The notes under the pieces are model-generated. The model was not told the origin of the DNA. It saw only the letters and a list, made by a program, of their open reading frames with translations, and made no database searches. Made by a program: the position numbers and the translations under genes. Shown one piece after another: positions 23,301 to 34,035 of a stretch of 64,000 nucleotides of DNA (its first letter is position 1; each line of letters opens with the position of its first letter). The stretch is from the NCBI GenBank assembly GCA_965240325.2, contig OZ251227.1, forward strand, positions 3,410,001 to 3,474,000. Reading direction: 5' to 3'. Source of the DNA: Rebecca billardiae RCC1528. Lineage: Eukaryota > Protista > Haptophyta.

Positions 23301-23455
23301 CGCCGCCGGCCTTCGGCGCGGCGGACGGCGCGCGCGGCCGGCTCGCGCGGCTCGGCGCGCACCCGCTGCTCCGGCGGTGCGGCGGGCACCCGCTGCGGCT
23401 GCTCGAGCTCGCCGCCGCCGTCACGCCCGACACCGAGCTGCGCGCCCTCTTGTGA
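19260..23455 (+). CDS. Predicted receptor: signal peptide, F-type lectin/F5-8-like domain, TM, CHAT protease, STAND (NB-ARC-like) NTPase. Exons 19260-22616, 22901-22980, 23107-23455
   Basis: NLAL...CSQSST...ALNND....ART.....PWFALDLG....VESIQI...GRYVSL......LALGEVKVFG (lectin-like); TM near 20050-20125; FFASPL...VVHFSGHG...LVLEDG...LLVVNCCHS (CHAT); GRQLE, GGWGKSALA (Walker A), LLILDGAD (Walker B), LVLTARRPL, AARLFL, CGGHPL (GxP). GT-AG introns keep frame. Confidence 0.8.
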
Positions 23456-23670
23456 TCGGCCGCCGCTCCACCGTCCACCGTCCGAGACGGTCCGAAAGTG
23501 CATGACGAGGGTGCCGTGGCAAGTGTGCGACAGTGAGGGTGCGACAGTGAGTGTGAGTGATCCAGTGCATGTGGAACAATGAGTGTGAGCGTCCAACGGT
23601 CCAACTGAGAATTCGGACTACGAATAAAGGCGGCTCCGCCGCTGCGCTGCGCGCCACGAAGTATAGGGAC

Positions 23671-24450
23671 CCACAAATTTAGTTGCCGGCTGCAGCAGGC
23701 ACGACTTTGTCTCAGCCCGCACGCCCGCTACGCGCCGACCCGGGCAGAGCCCATCCGCCCGCGCATGCACCAGGCCCAGCCGCGTCAGTACATACCCACC
23801 CGGCCGCGGCACCCGCGCTCTGTGCGCCACGGTGTCGATGCGCCCGGCAGTCGGTGCGCATGCACGAGCCAGCCGGCGGGCAGCTACGGGCTGGTTTTCG
23901 GCGTGGAGCGCGGTCGTGTGAGCTGCATTAATTCAGCTGACCCCCGGCTTTTGTGCATTCGGGAGTCGTGCTGCTACGGTGGGCGTGCCACGCGCCAACT
24001 CGACGCTGGCAAAATTAGGCGACGAAAGTGCACGCGCAGCCACACGCAGCCCATATTGATGCTCTCGGAGCAGGCTCGGGCATGCACTCGATCGGCTCTG
24101 GCTGACGGCAGCGCCAAGCTGGCGGCGCGGCGCGAGGGTGCATGCGTGGCGTGGGCGGAGCTACGTCGCACACGCACCGCGCGGCGCGCGGCTCAGCGCA
24201 CGGAGGCTGCCGACAGCCGGCGGCACGCAGGCAGGTCTGCTCGCCGCCAGTCGAGCTCGCCGGCCGCCGGGTACCAAACGTCAACCCAGGATGCACAGCC
24301 ACGCCTATTTGCGAGGACTCGAGCAATCGGGTCCGGGCGCACCTCATGTGCACGGCAGTGGAGTGGGCCAAGTACGCCCCTGGTATGGTGGCGCGCCGCT
24401 GCTTTGCTGCGCTGATATGGCGAACAATGTCGGGAGGCTTAAACTTGTGA
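23671..24450. mobile_element. 780-bp non-coding module U, copy 1, with imperfect 11-bp terminal inverted arms
   Basis: Appears identical to 28461-29240. Ends CCACAAATTTA...TAAACTTGTGA. Flanked by GGGAC on both sides. Confidence 0.85.
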
Positions 24451-24469
24451 GGGACTAAGTGAGCAGCCT

Positions 24470-26558
24470 CGGCTGAGGCCGTGAGCTGCCGTAGGCTGAT
24501 CTGACCCGACAAAAGTCGGCGCGCGAGCGCGCGCGCGCGCGGCGCGGCGCCGCCCCGCTGGCACGTGGGCTCGGTGTGCCTGGGCCGCGCCGAGTGCCCC
24601 GCACCCCGATCTCGCCCAGCTAGCTCGTCCTCGCCGCGCTCTGAGGCCCCCGTAGCAGTCGTAGCTGCTCGCCGCCGCCGCAGATCGTGAAGACCAGCTG
24701 CTGTCAGCTGCTCGCTCTGAGCCGGGACATGGGGCCGCGTGGAGGAGGCGCCGTGCGGCCGGGCGCGCGCGTGCGCGTCGAGCGGCCCCTGGGCGCACTG
24801 CTCACGCGTCGGCGCGCCCGCCCGGCGCGCGCATCATCGCTCAGTCGCGCCGCTCTGCTGAGCTAGCCGCCGCTGGTCGCAGCCGTCGGCTGAGGCCGTG
24901 AGCTGCCGTCAGCTGATCTGACCCGACAAAAGTCGGCGCGAGCGCGCGCGCGCGCGCGGCGCCGCGCCGCCCCGCTGGCACGTGGGCTCGGTGTGCCCGG
25001 GCCGCGCCGAGTGCCCCGCACCCGGATCTCGCCCAGCTAGCTCGTCCTCGCCGCGCTCTGAGGCCCCCGTAGCAGTCGTAGCTGCTCGCCGCCGCCGCAG
25101 ATCGTGAAGACCAGCTGCTGTCAGCTGCTCGCTCTGAGCCGGGACATGGGGCCGCGTGGAGGAGACGCCGTGCGGCCGGGCGCGCGCGTGCGCGTCGAGC
25201 GGCCCCTGGGCGCACTGCTCACGCGTCGGCGCGCCCGCCCGGCGCGCGCATCATCGCTCAGTCGCGCCGCTCTGCTGAGCTAGCCGCCGCTGGTCGCAGC
25301 CGTCGGCTGAGGCCGTGAGCTGCCGTCAGCTGATCTGACCCGACAAAAGTCGGCGCGCGAGCGCGCGCGCGCGGCGCGCCGCGCCACCTCGCTGGCACGT
25401 GGGCTCGGTGCGCCTGGGCCACGCAGAGCACCCCGCACCCGGATCTCGCCCAGCTAGCTCGTCCTCGCCGCGCTCTGAGGCCCCCGTAGCAGTCGTAGCT
25501 GCTCGCCGCCGCCGCAGATCGTGAAGACCAGCTGCTGTCAGCTGCTCGCTCTGAGCCGGGACATGGGGCCGCGTGGAGGAGGCGCCGTGCGGCCGGGCGC
25601 GCGCGTGCGCGTCGAGCGGCCCCTGGGCGCACTGCTCACGCGTCGGCGCGCCCGCCCGGCGCGCGCATCATCGCTCAGTCGCGCCGCTCTGCTGAGCTAG
25701 CCGCCGCTGGTCGCAGCCGTCGGCTGAGGCCGTGAGCTGCCGTCAGCTGATCTGACCCGACAAAAGTCGGCGCGCGAGCGCGCGCGCGCGGCGCGCCGCG
25801 CCACCTCGCTGGCACGTGGGCTCGGTGCGCCTGGGCCGCGCAGAGCACCCCGCACCCGGATCTCGCCCAGCTAGCTCGTCCTCGCCGCGCTCTGAGGCCC
25901 CCGTAGCAGTCGTAGCTGCTCGCCGCCGCCGCAGATCGTGAAGACCAGCTGCTGTCAGCTGCTCGCTCTGAGCCGGGACATGGGGCCGCGTGGAGGAGAC
26001 GCCGTGCGGCCGGGCGCGCGCGTGCGCGTCGAGCGGCCCCTGGGCGCACTGCTCACGTGTCGGCGCGCCCGCCCGGCGCGCGCATCATCGCTCAGTCGCG
26101 CCGCTCTGCTGAGCTAGCCGCCGCTGGTCGCAGCCGTCGGCTGAGGCCGTGAGCTGCCGTAAGAGCTGATCTGACCCGACAAAAGTCGGCGCGCGAGCGC
26201 GCGCGCGCGGCGCGCCGCGCCACCTCGCTGGCACGTGGGCTCGGTGCGCCTGGGCCGCGCCGAGCGTCCCGCACCCCGATCGCGCCCAGCCCGCGCGTCC
26301 TCGCCGCGCTCTGAGGCCCCCGTAGCAGTCGTAGCTGCTCGCCGCCGCCGCAGATCGTGAAGACCAGTTGCTGTCAGCTGCTCGCTCTGAGCCGGGACAT
26401 GGGGCCGCGTGGAGGAGGCGCCGTGCGGCCGGGCGCGCGCGCGCGCGTCGAGCGGCCCCGGGGCGCACTGCTCACGCGTCGGCGTGCCCGCCCGGCGCGC
26501 ACATCATCGCTCAGTCGCGCCGCTCTGCTGAGCTAGCCGCCGCTCGTCGCAGCCGTCG
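24470..26558. repeat. Tandem array, 5 units of 417 bp (last about 419 bp)
   Basis: Units start at 24470, 24887, 25304, 25721 and 26138 (cggctgaggccgtgagctgccgt). Confidence 0.95.
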
Positions 26559-26676
26559 TGAGACGTGACGTTAGACGTAGAGTAAGCTATAGCCTATAGG
26601 CTGATATGATATGACTCGAGATCTACTATACTGAGCAGCTAATAAACTATATACCATCATTGTCCGACACTGCTCT

Positions 26677-27978
26677 TCAGCGCACGCGCTGCTCACCCTT
26701 GGTCTCGACGCAGTCCTGCAGCCGACGCCGATAGGATTTGAACAGCGCCTGGATGAACTTCTTGTCGTTCCGTACCTCCTCGAACTTAGCCTTCACCACC
26801 TCCTCGAACTCCTTGAAGGTTGGCCGCTGCTTGCTCGGGTTGTCGGTGCACCACTTGTGCTTCCATGCGTTGAGAAGCTGCTCCACGCGCGCCCAGACAT
26901 GCTCAATGAGCGACAAGTCGGCGCTGTTCGGCGGCCAGCTACGGCCCGGCTGACCCTCGGTGGACTTGGGGCCAAGGTGTCCCTCGGGGCCAAACCGCTC
27001 GTCGAGCCATTGGCGCACAGCCAGCGCCGTGTGGGGTGAGGCACTGTCCTGCTGGAAGATCATCTGTCTGATGAAGTCGCCGAAGAGCGCCTGGGCCTCC
27101 TTGTCCAGGAAAGGCAGCACGTCGTTCAGGTACTCCTTCCAGCACACGCCACGGCACTGCTTGCCGCGACCATTCTCATGCGTGCGGCCGTGAGTGCCCG
27201 TGGCAAAATAGAGCGGCGTGATGCCGCGAGAGCAGGCGCCGGCGTAGCCATGGATCACGCAGTCACCTGCCTGGACCTGGTTCAGCTTGCGCTTGGGCTC
27301 GTCACGCAGCGTCCACGACATCACCGTGCTCCGGTTCGTGACGTCGAACTTGAAGTACTTCGAGTCGGTGAAGAACAGCCCGTCAACCATCGCCTTGACT
27401 CTCTGCAGCCACCGTGCGAACGCCACCCGCTTCTTCGCCTGCTGAGCCGTGATCTGCTTCCTCACCTTGAGCGGCTCCCAATCCATCTTCTTCCGCGCCG
27501 CGCGGCGTAGCGTCTCGTCGGAGACGTCGAGCGCGGACGCATCGAGCGATCCAGCACCGACGGCGCGGCACGCAGCCTTCCGCACACTCTGACCAGCCGG
27601 CCCGGCGCTGAGCTCGGACGTAAGCGCCGCCTGCGCCTCGGCACTGAGGCGTGGGCGTGGACCGCGCTTCGGCTTCCCGTCAGCATCAATGTGCCAGCCC
27701 TCCGTGTGCCAGTCCATGAACCACTTCTTCATCGTCTTCTCGGTGACCTCGGCCGACCGCGCCGCCCTCTGGAAAGCTGAGGCCAACGGAGAGCCTTCAT
27801 TGAGGCACAGCACGCACGCGCCGATCGCATGGTGAAACCTCTCCTCAGGGCCCAGGGCCTTCGGGTTGTAATCCAGAGCAATACACTCCCGCGATACCCG
27901 CCTGTTCGGAGCGTAGCCGACGCGGTGGGCGCCTTTGCGCCCGCGCCGATCTTTGGGCGCGGTCGGCGCGCGGCCCAT
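26677..27978 (-). CDS. IS630/Tc1-mariner DDE transposase, intact 433-aa ORF, DD47E spacing
   Basis: HTH-like N-terminus, RVAFARW, LFFTDSKYF (D1), IFQQDSASPH (D2), WPPNSADLSLIEHVW (E), terminal SYRRRLQDCVETKG. Confidence 0.92.
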   Translation of the reverse strand: MGRAPTAPKDRRGRKGAHRVGYAPNRRVSRECIALDYNPKALGPEERFHHAIGACVLCLNEGSPLASAFQRAARSAEVTEKTMKKWFMDWHTEGWHIDADGKPKRGPRPRLSAEAQAALTSELSAGPAGQSVRKAACRAVGAGSLDASALDVSDETLRRAARKKMDWEPLKVRKQITAQQAKKRVAFARWLQRVKAMVDGLFFTDSKYFKFDVTNRSTVMSWTLRDEPKRKLNQVQAGDCVIHGYAGACSRGITPLYFATGTHGRTHENGRGKQCRGVCWKEYLNDVLPFLDKEAQALFGDFIRQMIFQQDSASPHTALAVRQWLDERFGPEGHLGPKSTEGQPGRSWPPNSADLSLIEHVWARVEQLLNAWKHKWCTDNPSKQRPTFKEFEEVVKAKFEEVRNDKKFIQALFKSYRRRLQDCVETKGEQRVR

Positions 27979-28460
27979 CAGCCGCCGCCGGCTGCTTGGC
28001 CACCAAAGATGACTGCACGTTACGTCCCGAGCCGCCCAAAGTTGATCTTACAGCTGACGAAGCGGTGTGGCCTCTATTCGAACTCGTTCCGTCCATGGCG
28101 AGCGCCCCAGCGACGCAGCCGCCGCGTGCGCTGGGGCCGCACGCCCTCGCGGATGTGCGCTGGGCACGAGCTCGGCGCCACGGGTTGAGCTCGTCGAGCT
28201 ATGACAAGCGGCGTGGCGCAAGTCCAACCCAGTGGAGGCCCCAACTGCCGGCCCCGCCGCCGCGCGGGAGCGTCCGATTAACCTCAGCTGCTCTGCGCAA
28301 GATGTGGGCTCCTGTGCCCCACCAACTCGCCGGAGGCGGACGACGCGCTGGGATCGCTGCACGGCGGGAATATCCCCGACCCATGTGGACCGACGCCGGC
28401 CTCGCTCGCCGTCGCCCTCGCCCTCGTTCCGACTTTTCTACTACCTGCTCACTTAGGGAC

Positions 28461-29240
28461 CCACAAATTTAGTTGCCGGCTGCAGCAGGCACGACTTTGT
28501 CTCAGCCCGCACGCCCGCTACGCGCCGACCCGGGCAGAGCCCATCCGCCCGCGCATGCACCAGGCCCAGCCGCGTCAGTACATACCCACCCGGCCGCGGC
28601 ACCCGCGCTCTGTGCGCCACGGTGTCGATGCGCCCGGCAGTCGGTGCGCATGCACGAGCCAGCCGGCGGGCAGCTACGGGCTGGTTTTCGGCGTGGAGCG
28701 CGGTCGTGTGAGCTGCATTAATTCAGCTGACCCCCGGCTTTTGTGCATTCGGGAGTCGTGCTGCTACGGTGGGCGTGCCACGCGCCAACTCGACGCTGGC
28801 AAAATTAGGCGACGAAAGTGCACGCGCAGCCACACGCAGCCCATATTGATGCTCTCGGAGCAGGCTCGGGCATGCACTCGATCGGCTCTGGCTGACGGCA
28901 GCGCCAAGCTGGCGGCGCGGCGCGAGGGTGCATGCGTGGCGTGGGCGGAGCTACGTCGCACACGCACCGCGCGGCGCGCGGCTCAGCGCACGGAGGCTGC
29001 CGACAGCCGGCGGCACGCAGGCAGGTCTGCTCGCCGCCAGTCGAGCTCGCCGGCCGCCGGGTACCAAACGTCAACCCAGGATGCACAGCCACGCCTATTT
29101 GCGAGGACTCGAGCAATCGGGTCCGGGCGCACCTCATGTGCACGGCAGTGGAGTGGGCCAAGTACGCCCCTGGTATGGTGGCGCGCCGCTGCTTTGCTGC
29201 GCTGATATGGCGAACAATGTCGGGAGGCTTAAACTTGTGA
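28461..29240. mobile_element. 780-bp module U, copy 2 (direct repeat of 23671-24450)
   Basis: Offset 4790 bp; identical ORF translations in the track. Confidence 0.85.
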
Positions 29241-29537
29241 GGGACTATAGAATAAAACCGCGGTGGTCGCTCGCCCTTGGCTTTTTGCCTTTTTCCGACG
29301 ACGCGCATCGTCGGATTTCTGCCGCGCCGGGCACGAGATTGGAGATAATTTTCTGCCGCGGGCACGCGCGTCCGGTGCAGCGCGGTCCGGCGGCACGGGC
29401 CTCATCGCCGCGCGCGCCCAAGCGGCGTCGCTGCGCGCACAGGCTGAGAGGGAGGGAGGCTTCCCAGCTGCGACCCCCGCCCCTGCGTGTGAGCGAGCGA
29501 CCCACGCACCCGCGGCGGCGAGGCCGGCAGGACTGGG

Positions 29538-30623
29538 ATGGCGCGGCGTGAGCACGGCTCGCCGGTGGGCCGGCAGCGCGGCGGCCTCGACGCCGCGCCG
29601 CCGCCCGACCCGCGCCGCGGCCCGCACCACGACCGCGCCGCGCCGCACCCGTGGGACGTGTCGCCGCGCGCGCCCGACCGCCACGAGCGCGACGGCGAGC
29701 GCCACCGGCCGACGGGCTCGCGCGAGGGCTCGTTCGGGCGCAGCGGCGGTGGCGGCGGCTTGAGCGGCGCCGCCCACGCCGCCGAGCGCGCCGACTCGCG
29801 CCGCCACTCCGCCGCCTCGGAGCGCGAAGGCGCGGGCGCGGCCGGCGAGGCGGGCGCGCGGCCGCCGCCGCGCGACGCGCATGAGGGCGGCGGCGGCGGC
29901 GCGGTGGAGGGCGGCACGGCGGGCGGCGCGGCCAACGGCTCGACCGACGCGCCCGCCGAGCCGGCCGACGGCGGCGCCGCCGCCGCCGCCGCGGAGGGCG
30001 GCGGCGGCGGCTCGGCGGGCACGCCTGCGGCCGCCGGCGCGGCCGGCGCGGCGGGTGAGGAGGCGTCGGCGGCCGCGGCCGACTCGGCGTCGTGCGCGGC
30101 GACGCCGGGCCCGACGCCCTCGCGCTCCGCCTCGATGCCGAGCGAGGGCGCCTCCGCCTCGCGCGCCACGCCCGGCGGCGGCGGCACGCCTGGCGGCGGC
30201 GGCGGCGGCACGGACGGCGGCCGACCGGGCGCGGTCTCGACGCCGACGGACGGCGGCTCCAACTCGGCGCTGCGTCGGATGTCGTCGGGCCCGTCGTCCG
30301 CGCTCGGCCCCACCTCGTCGCGCGGCTCCGCGCGCGCCTGGTTCCGCGCGCAGGGCTTCGCCTCGCAGCTCAAGAAGGAGCGGATCCGGGAGTTTCTCGT
30401 GGACGGCTGCAAGCTCTCCGGTTTCGTCAACTCGGCGACCAAGGACCGGCACCCGAGCCTCGGCGGCATCCTGGAGGTGTGCGCGCGTGCGTGCGCGTGC
30501 GCTGTGCGTGCGGGGGCTGCGCGCTCTGCGCCGCCCGCGCCTCACGCCCTCCCCGCGTGCTGCTGCTGTGTGCTGCTGTGTGCTGCTGCTGCTGCTGCTG
30601 CTGCCGCTGCTGCCGCTGCTGCG

Positions 30624-30673
<50 letters not shown>

Positions 30674-30850
30674 GACTGCTGCTGCTGCTGCTGCTGCTGC
30701 GCGCGCAGCTGCAGTGGGAGAGCCCGGAGGACGCGCTCGCGGCGGCGGAGGCGCTGCACGGCCGCACCTTCGAGGGCTTCATGCACTCGGAGCGCATCCC
30801 GCTCACCGTGCTGCCCGCGGGCACGACGGGCAGCGCCTTCTTAGAAGCGC

Positions 30851-30884
<34 letters not shown>

Positions 30885-31495
30885 GGGGCACCGCGGCACG
30901 CCGGGCGGCGGCGGCGGGTTTGGCGAGCGTGAGGCGCGCGGCGGCGGCGGCGGCACGCCGCTCAGCGGCGGCGGCGGCAGCACGGGCCACCTCGCCGAGC
31001 GCACCGAGCGCGAGCGCGAGCGCCTCGACCGCGAGCGCGAGCGCGAGCGCGAGCGCAACGAGCGCGAGAGAGACGCGCGCGAGCGCGAGCGCGCGGCGGA
31101 GCGCGCGGCGGAGCGCGGGTGCGGCGGCTCCGAGCGCGGCGGCGGGTCGGAGCGCGGGCTGCTCGGGCTGGACGGGCGCGGCGGCGGCGGCGGCGGCGCG
31201 GAGGGGCGCGCCGCCGACGCGCGCGAGCGCATCGCCGCGCTGCGCGAGCGCGAGCGCGCCGAGCGCGGCGCCGACGGCGGGCCGGCCGAGCGCGGCGGCG
31301 GCAGCGGGCCGGGCGGCGCGGCGGCGGGCGGCGGCGGCGGCGGCGGCGCCGAGCGGCGGCGCAACGGCGCCGACGGCGGCGCCGACGCGGACGGCGGCGG
31401 CGGGCTCGAGCTCGGCGCCGCCGAGCGCGGCGGCGGCGCGCCGCCCGGCGCCAAGGGCGGCGGCGCGCCGCCGCCGCCCGGCGGCGGCGCCGAGC

Positions 31496-31529
<34 letters not shown>

Positions 31530-32921
31530 GCTCGGCGCGCCGGTGCCGAGCGGCGGCGGCAGCAGCAGCGGCGGCGGCGGCTCGTCGCTCTCCTCGCGCT
31601 TCGCCGCGATCGCCGCCGACCCGCCGCCGTCCGAGCTCGCCGGCGGCGTCGACCTCGGCATCGGGCTCGACGCGCCGAGCGCCGCCGCGGCCGCGGCCGC
31701 GGCCGCCGCGGCCGCGGCCGCCGCCGCGGCGGGCGGCGCGGGCGCGGACGGTGCGGCGCTCGCCGCGGCCGCGGCCGCGCTGATGGCCGGCCCGGCCGGC
31801 TCGACCGTCGAGCGCCCGCCCAAGGAGGACGGCTCGCTCGAGCAGTACGAGTGCGTTCTCAACCCGGCCGACGGCGCGTCGCGCTGGCTCAACGTGCTGG
31901 ACGGCCTGCGGCTGCACTCGGAGGTGGTGCCGCCCGCGCTGGAGGAGGCGCTGTGCGAGATGGCGGACGCGCTGCTGGTGGACGGCGTGGAGGGGCGGCT
32001 GCTCGCGGGCACGTGCGCGGACACGCGCTCGTGGGCGCTCGCCGCCGGCCGGCCGCTCCTCATGTTCGGCGCGTGCGTCGAGCCCGCCGCCACGACCGAC
32101 GGCGGCGCCGCCCTCACCCCGACCGTCGCGCCGCACGTGCGCGCGGACCCGCTGCCGCCCTTCCTCGTGCAGCTCATCGACATCTTCGTCGACAAGGGGT
32201 GCGCGCCGTGCCGTGCGCGCCGTGCCGTGCCGGGGGCGCGCGAGCACACGCCGGGGCGGCCCGTGGCGCGGCGCTCCGCCGGCCCTCCGCCGGCCCGAGC
32301 GCGCGGGACAGGCAGCCCGGCACACCGCGCGCACACCGCGCGCGCACCGCGCACATATCGCGCTTGCGCTCACTCGCGCACTCGCCGCCCGCCCGCCCTC
32401 CGCGCCCGCCCGCCCTCCGCGCGGCCAGCCTGGTGAGCGAGGAGACGCGGCCGGACTCGGTGATCGTCTCCCGGTACGAGCTCGGCGACTACGACCCGCC
32501 GACAAAGGAGCAGGCAGCAGCGTTCGAACGGCCCGCGCTCGTGCTCACGCTCGGCGGCTCGCGCACGCTGCTGCTGGGGCAGGTGATCAGCACGCTGGCG
32601 GACGGCGCGTACCGCGGCGGCGCGCGGCTCACGCTGCCCAGGCGCTCGGTGCTCGTCGCCGACGCGCCCGCCGCCAGCGTGATGCTCGCCGCCAGCCCGC
32701 GCGCCACCGAGACATGCGTTGGGCTCACCTTCCGCCGCGTCGCCGAGCGGATGCACTCGGCCATGCTGCAGCTGCACGAGGCCGCGGTCGACGAGCCGCC
32801 CGGCCGGCCGCTGCTGCCCGCGCCGCTCGGCGCGGCGGGCGGCGCCGCGCCGCCGCCGGGCGGGTGGCTCGGCGCCGCCGCGCCGCCGCCCTTCAGCGTC
32901 GCGCCGCCGCCGTGGCCGTAG
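29538..32921 (+). CDS. Low-complexity RRM-like + ALKBH5/9-like (2OG-Fe(II) fold) protein; introns 30477-30708 and 32199-32428
   Basis: RRM-like LQWESPEDALAAAEALHGRTF; RE-rich tract; NVLDGLRLHSEV...DPLPPFLVQLID...PDSVIVSRYELGD...FERP...LPRRSVLV...LTFRRV resembles plant ALKBH9. Confidence 0.72.
30558..30700. repeat. (CTG)n microsatellite in intron
   Basis: About 140 bp of CTG with gcga and gtgt interruptions. Confidence 0.95.
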
Positions 32922-34035
32922 CAGTAGCGCCCGCGGCCCGCCGCCGTTCAGTAGCGGCGAGCGCGCGGCTATGACTAGGCTCGACTAGGGCAGCGGATGA
33001 TGAGGCTGACGACTACCGGCGGCGCGCCGGCGGGCCGGGCCGCAGGACAGATGACTGATGATATGCTGACGATCGATATGTAGTATATATATATATGTAT
33101 ACGCCGGCGGCCTGCGGCGGCCCGGCAGGACCGAGTAATCGACAGCATTCGATCTGCTGCTATTCTGCTGCAGTGATACTGACGGACGACCGGACTATAG
33201 TCATCGTCATATATCACTAGACCGAGCGAGCGGGAGAGATCATCGTCGACTATCGTCATCGCGCGAGACTATACGACGTATACTCACTATACGCGGTCGC
33301 CGAGAGGCGAGAGACTCTCCGCCCTGACACTCTCCGAGAGAGTAGAGAGACAGTAGAGTGAGACCGCGGAGCACGCCACCCGCGGTCGTGAAGCGGAGTG
33401 ACCGGAGTAGCAGACGCGAGTCACGATCGACGGCGAGAGAGAGACGCGACGAGCGGCCAGCTGCTACGGACCGTTATAGTACAGAGAGCAGAGCCGAGCT
33501 ACATAGATCGACTAGGCTACAGCTGCGCCTGCAGTCTGCTGCGCCGCTGCGCTACTCATCGATATGAGCCAGTACTGCTAGCAGTATCAGACTCGCAGTA
33601 CGGCGCCGGCACTTCAGATCATCACGTCCGGCGGACTCGAGCTATAGTTGCGTAGAGAGTGATGAGTAGAGCGCGCGCAGCGCTAGATCGAATATCGCGT
33701 CGACGCCGACGGACCGGACGGAACTCACCGGAGACGATCGTCAGCACTGTAGTACTCGCGACTGAGACGATATACTGCTACATGCAACCCTCGTCACATA
33801 TCATCGTCATCGTAATCGTCGTATTATTATTCGGGCGACGACGCGTTGCGCGCCGGACTAGTAGATCGATCGGTCCGTATCATATCCGACGGTACTCGGG
33901 CGACGGTACTCCGCGGCGGGTACTCGGTAGTCATCGTTATTTAATTAATTATATTTATTAATATAATATAATATAATTATATTATATTATTCCGACGTCA
34001 TCTCGGACCGTCGTCGATGTCTGAGCCCGCGCGGA

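Larger units (their letters stand above)
24456..28455 (-). mobile_element. 4000-bp IS630/Tc1-mariner-type module I with perfect 11-bp TIR (TAAGTGAGCAG...CTGCTCACTTA)
   Basis: TIRs read directly. Contains a transposase ORF and a 417-bp tandem array. Flanked by GGGAC. Confidence 0.8.

Noticed and set aside
24439-26468. Repeated 119-127 aa ORFs in the array and 216-aa ORFs in U
   Set aside because: Arg/Ala-rich by-products of GC-rich repeats with no recognisable domain.
24470-26558. CRISPR- or guide-array interpretation of the 417-bp repeats
   Set aside because: There are no unique spacers: the variable windows are point variants of one sequence. No Cas, TnpB or Fanzor ORF is visible.
23671-29240. 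LTR retrotransposon
   Set aside because: The direct repeats lack TG...CA ends and there is no gag, RT or integrase. The only credible ORF is a Tc1-like transposase.
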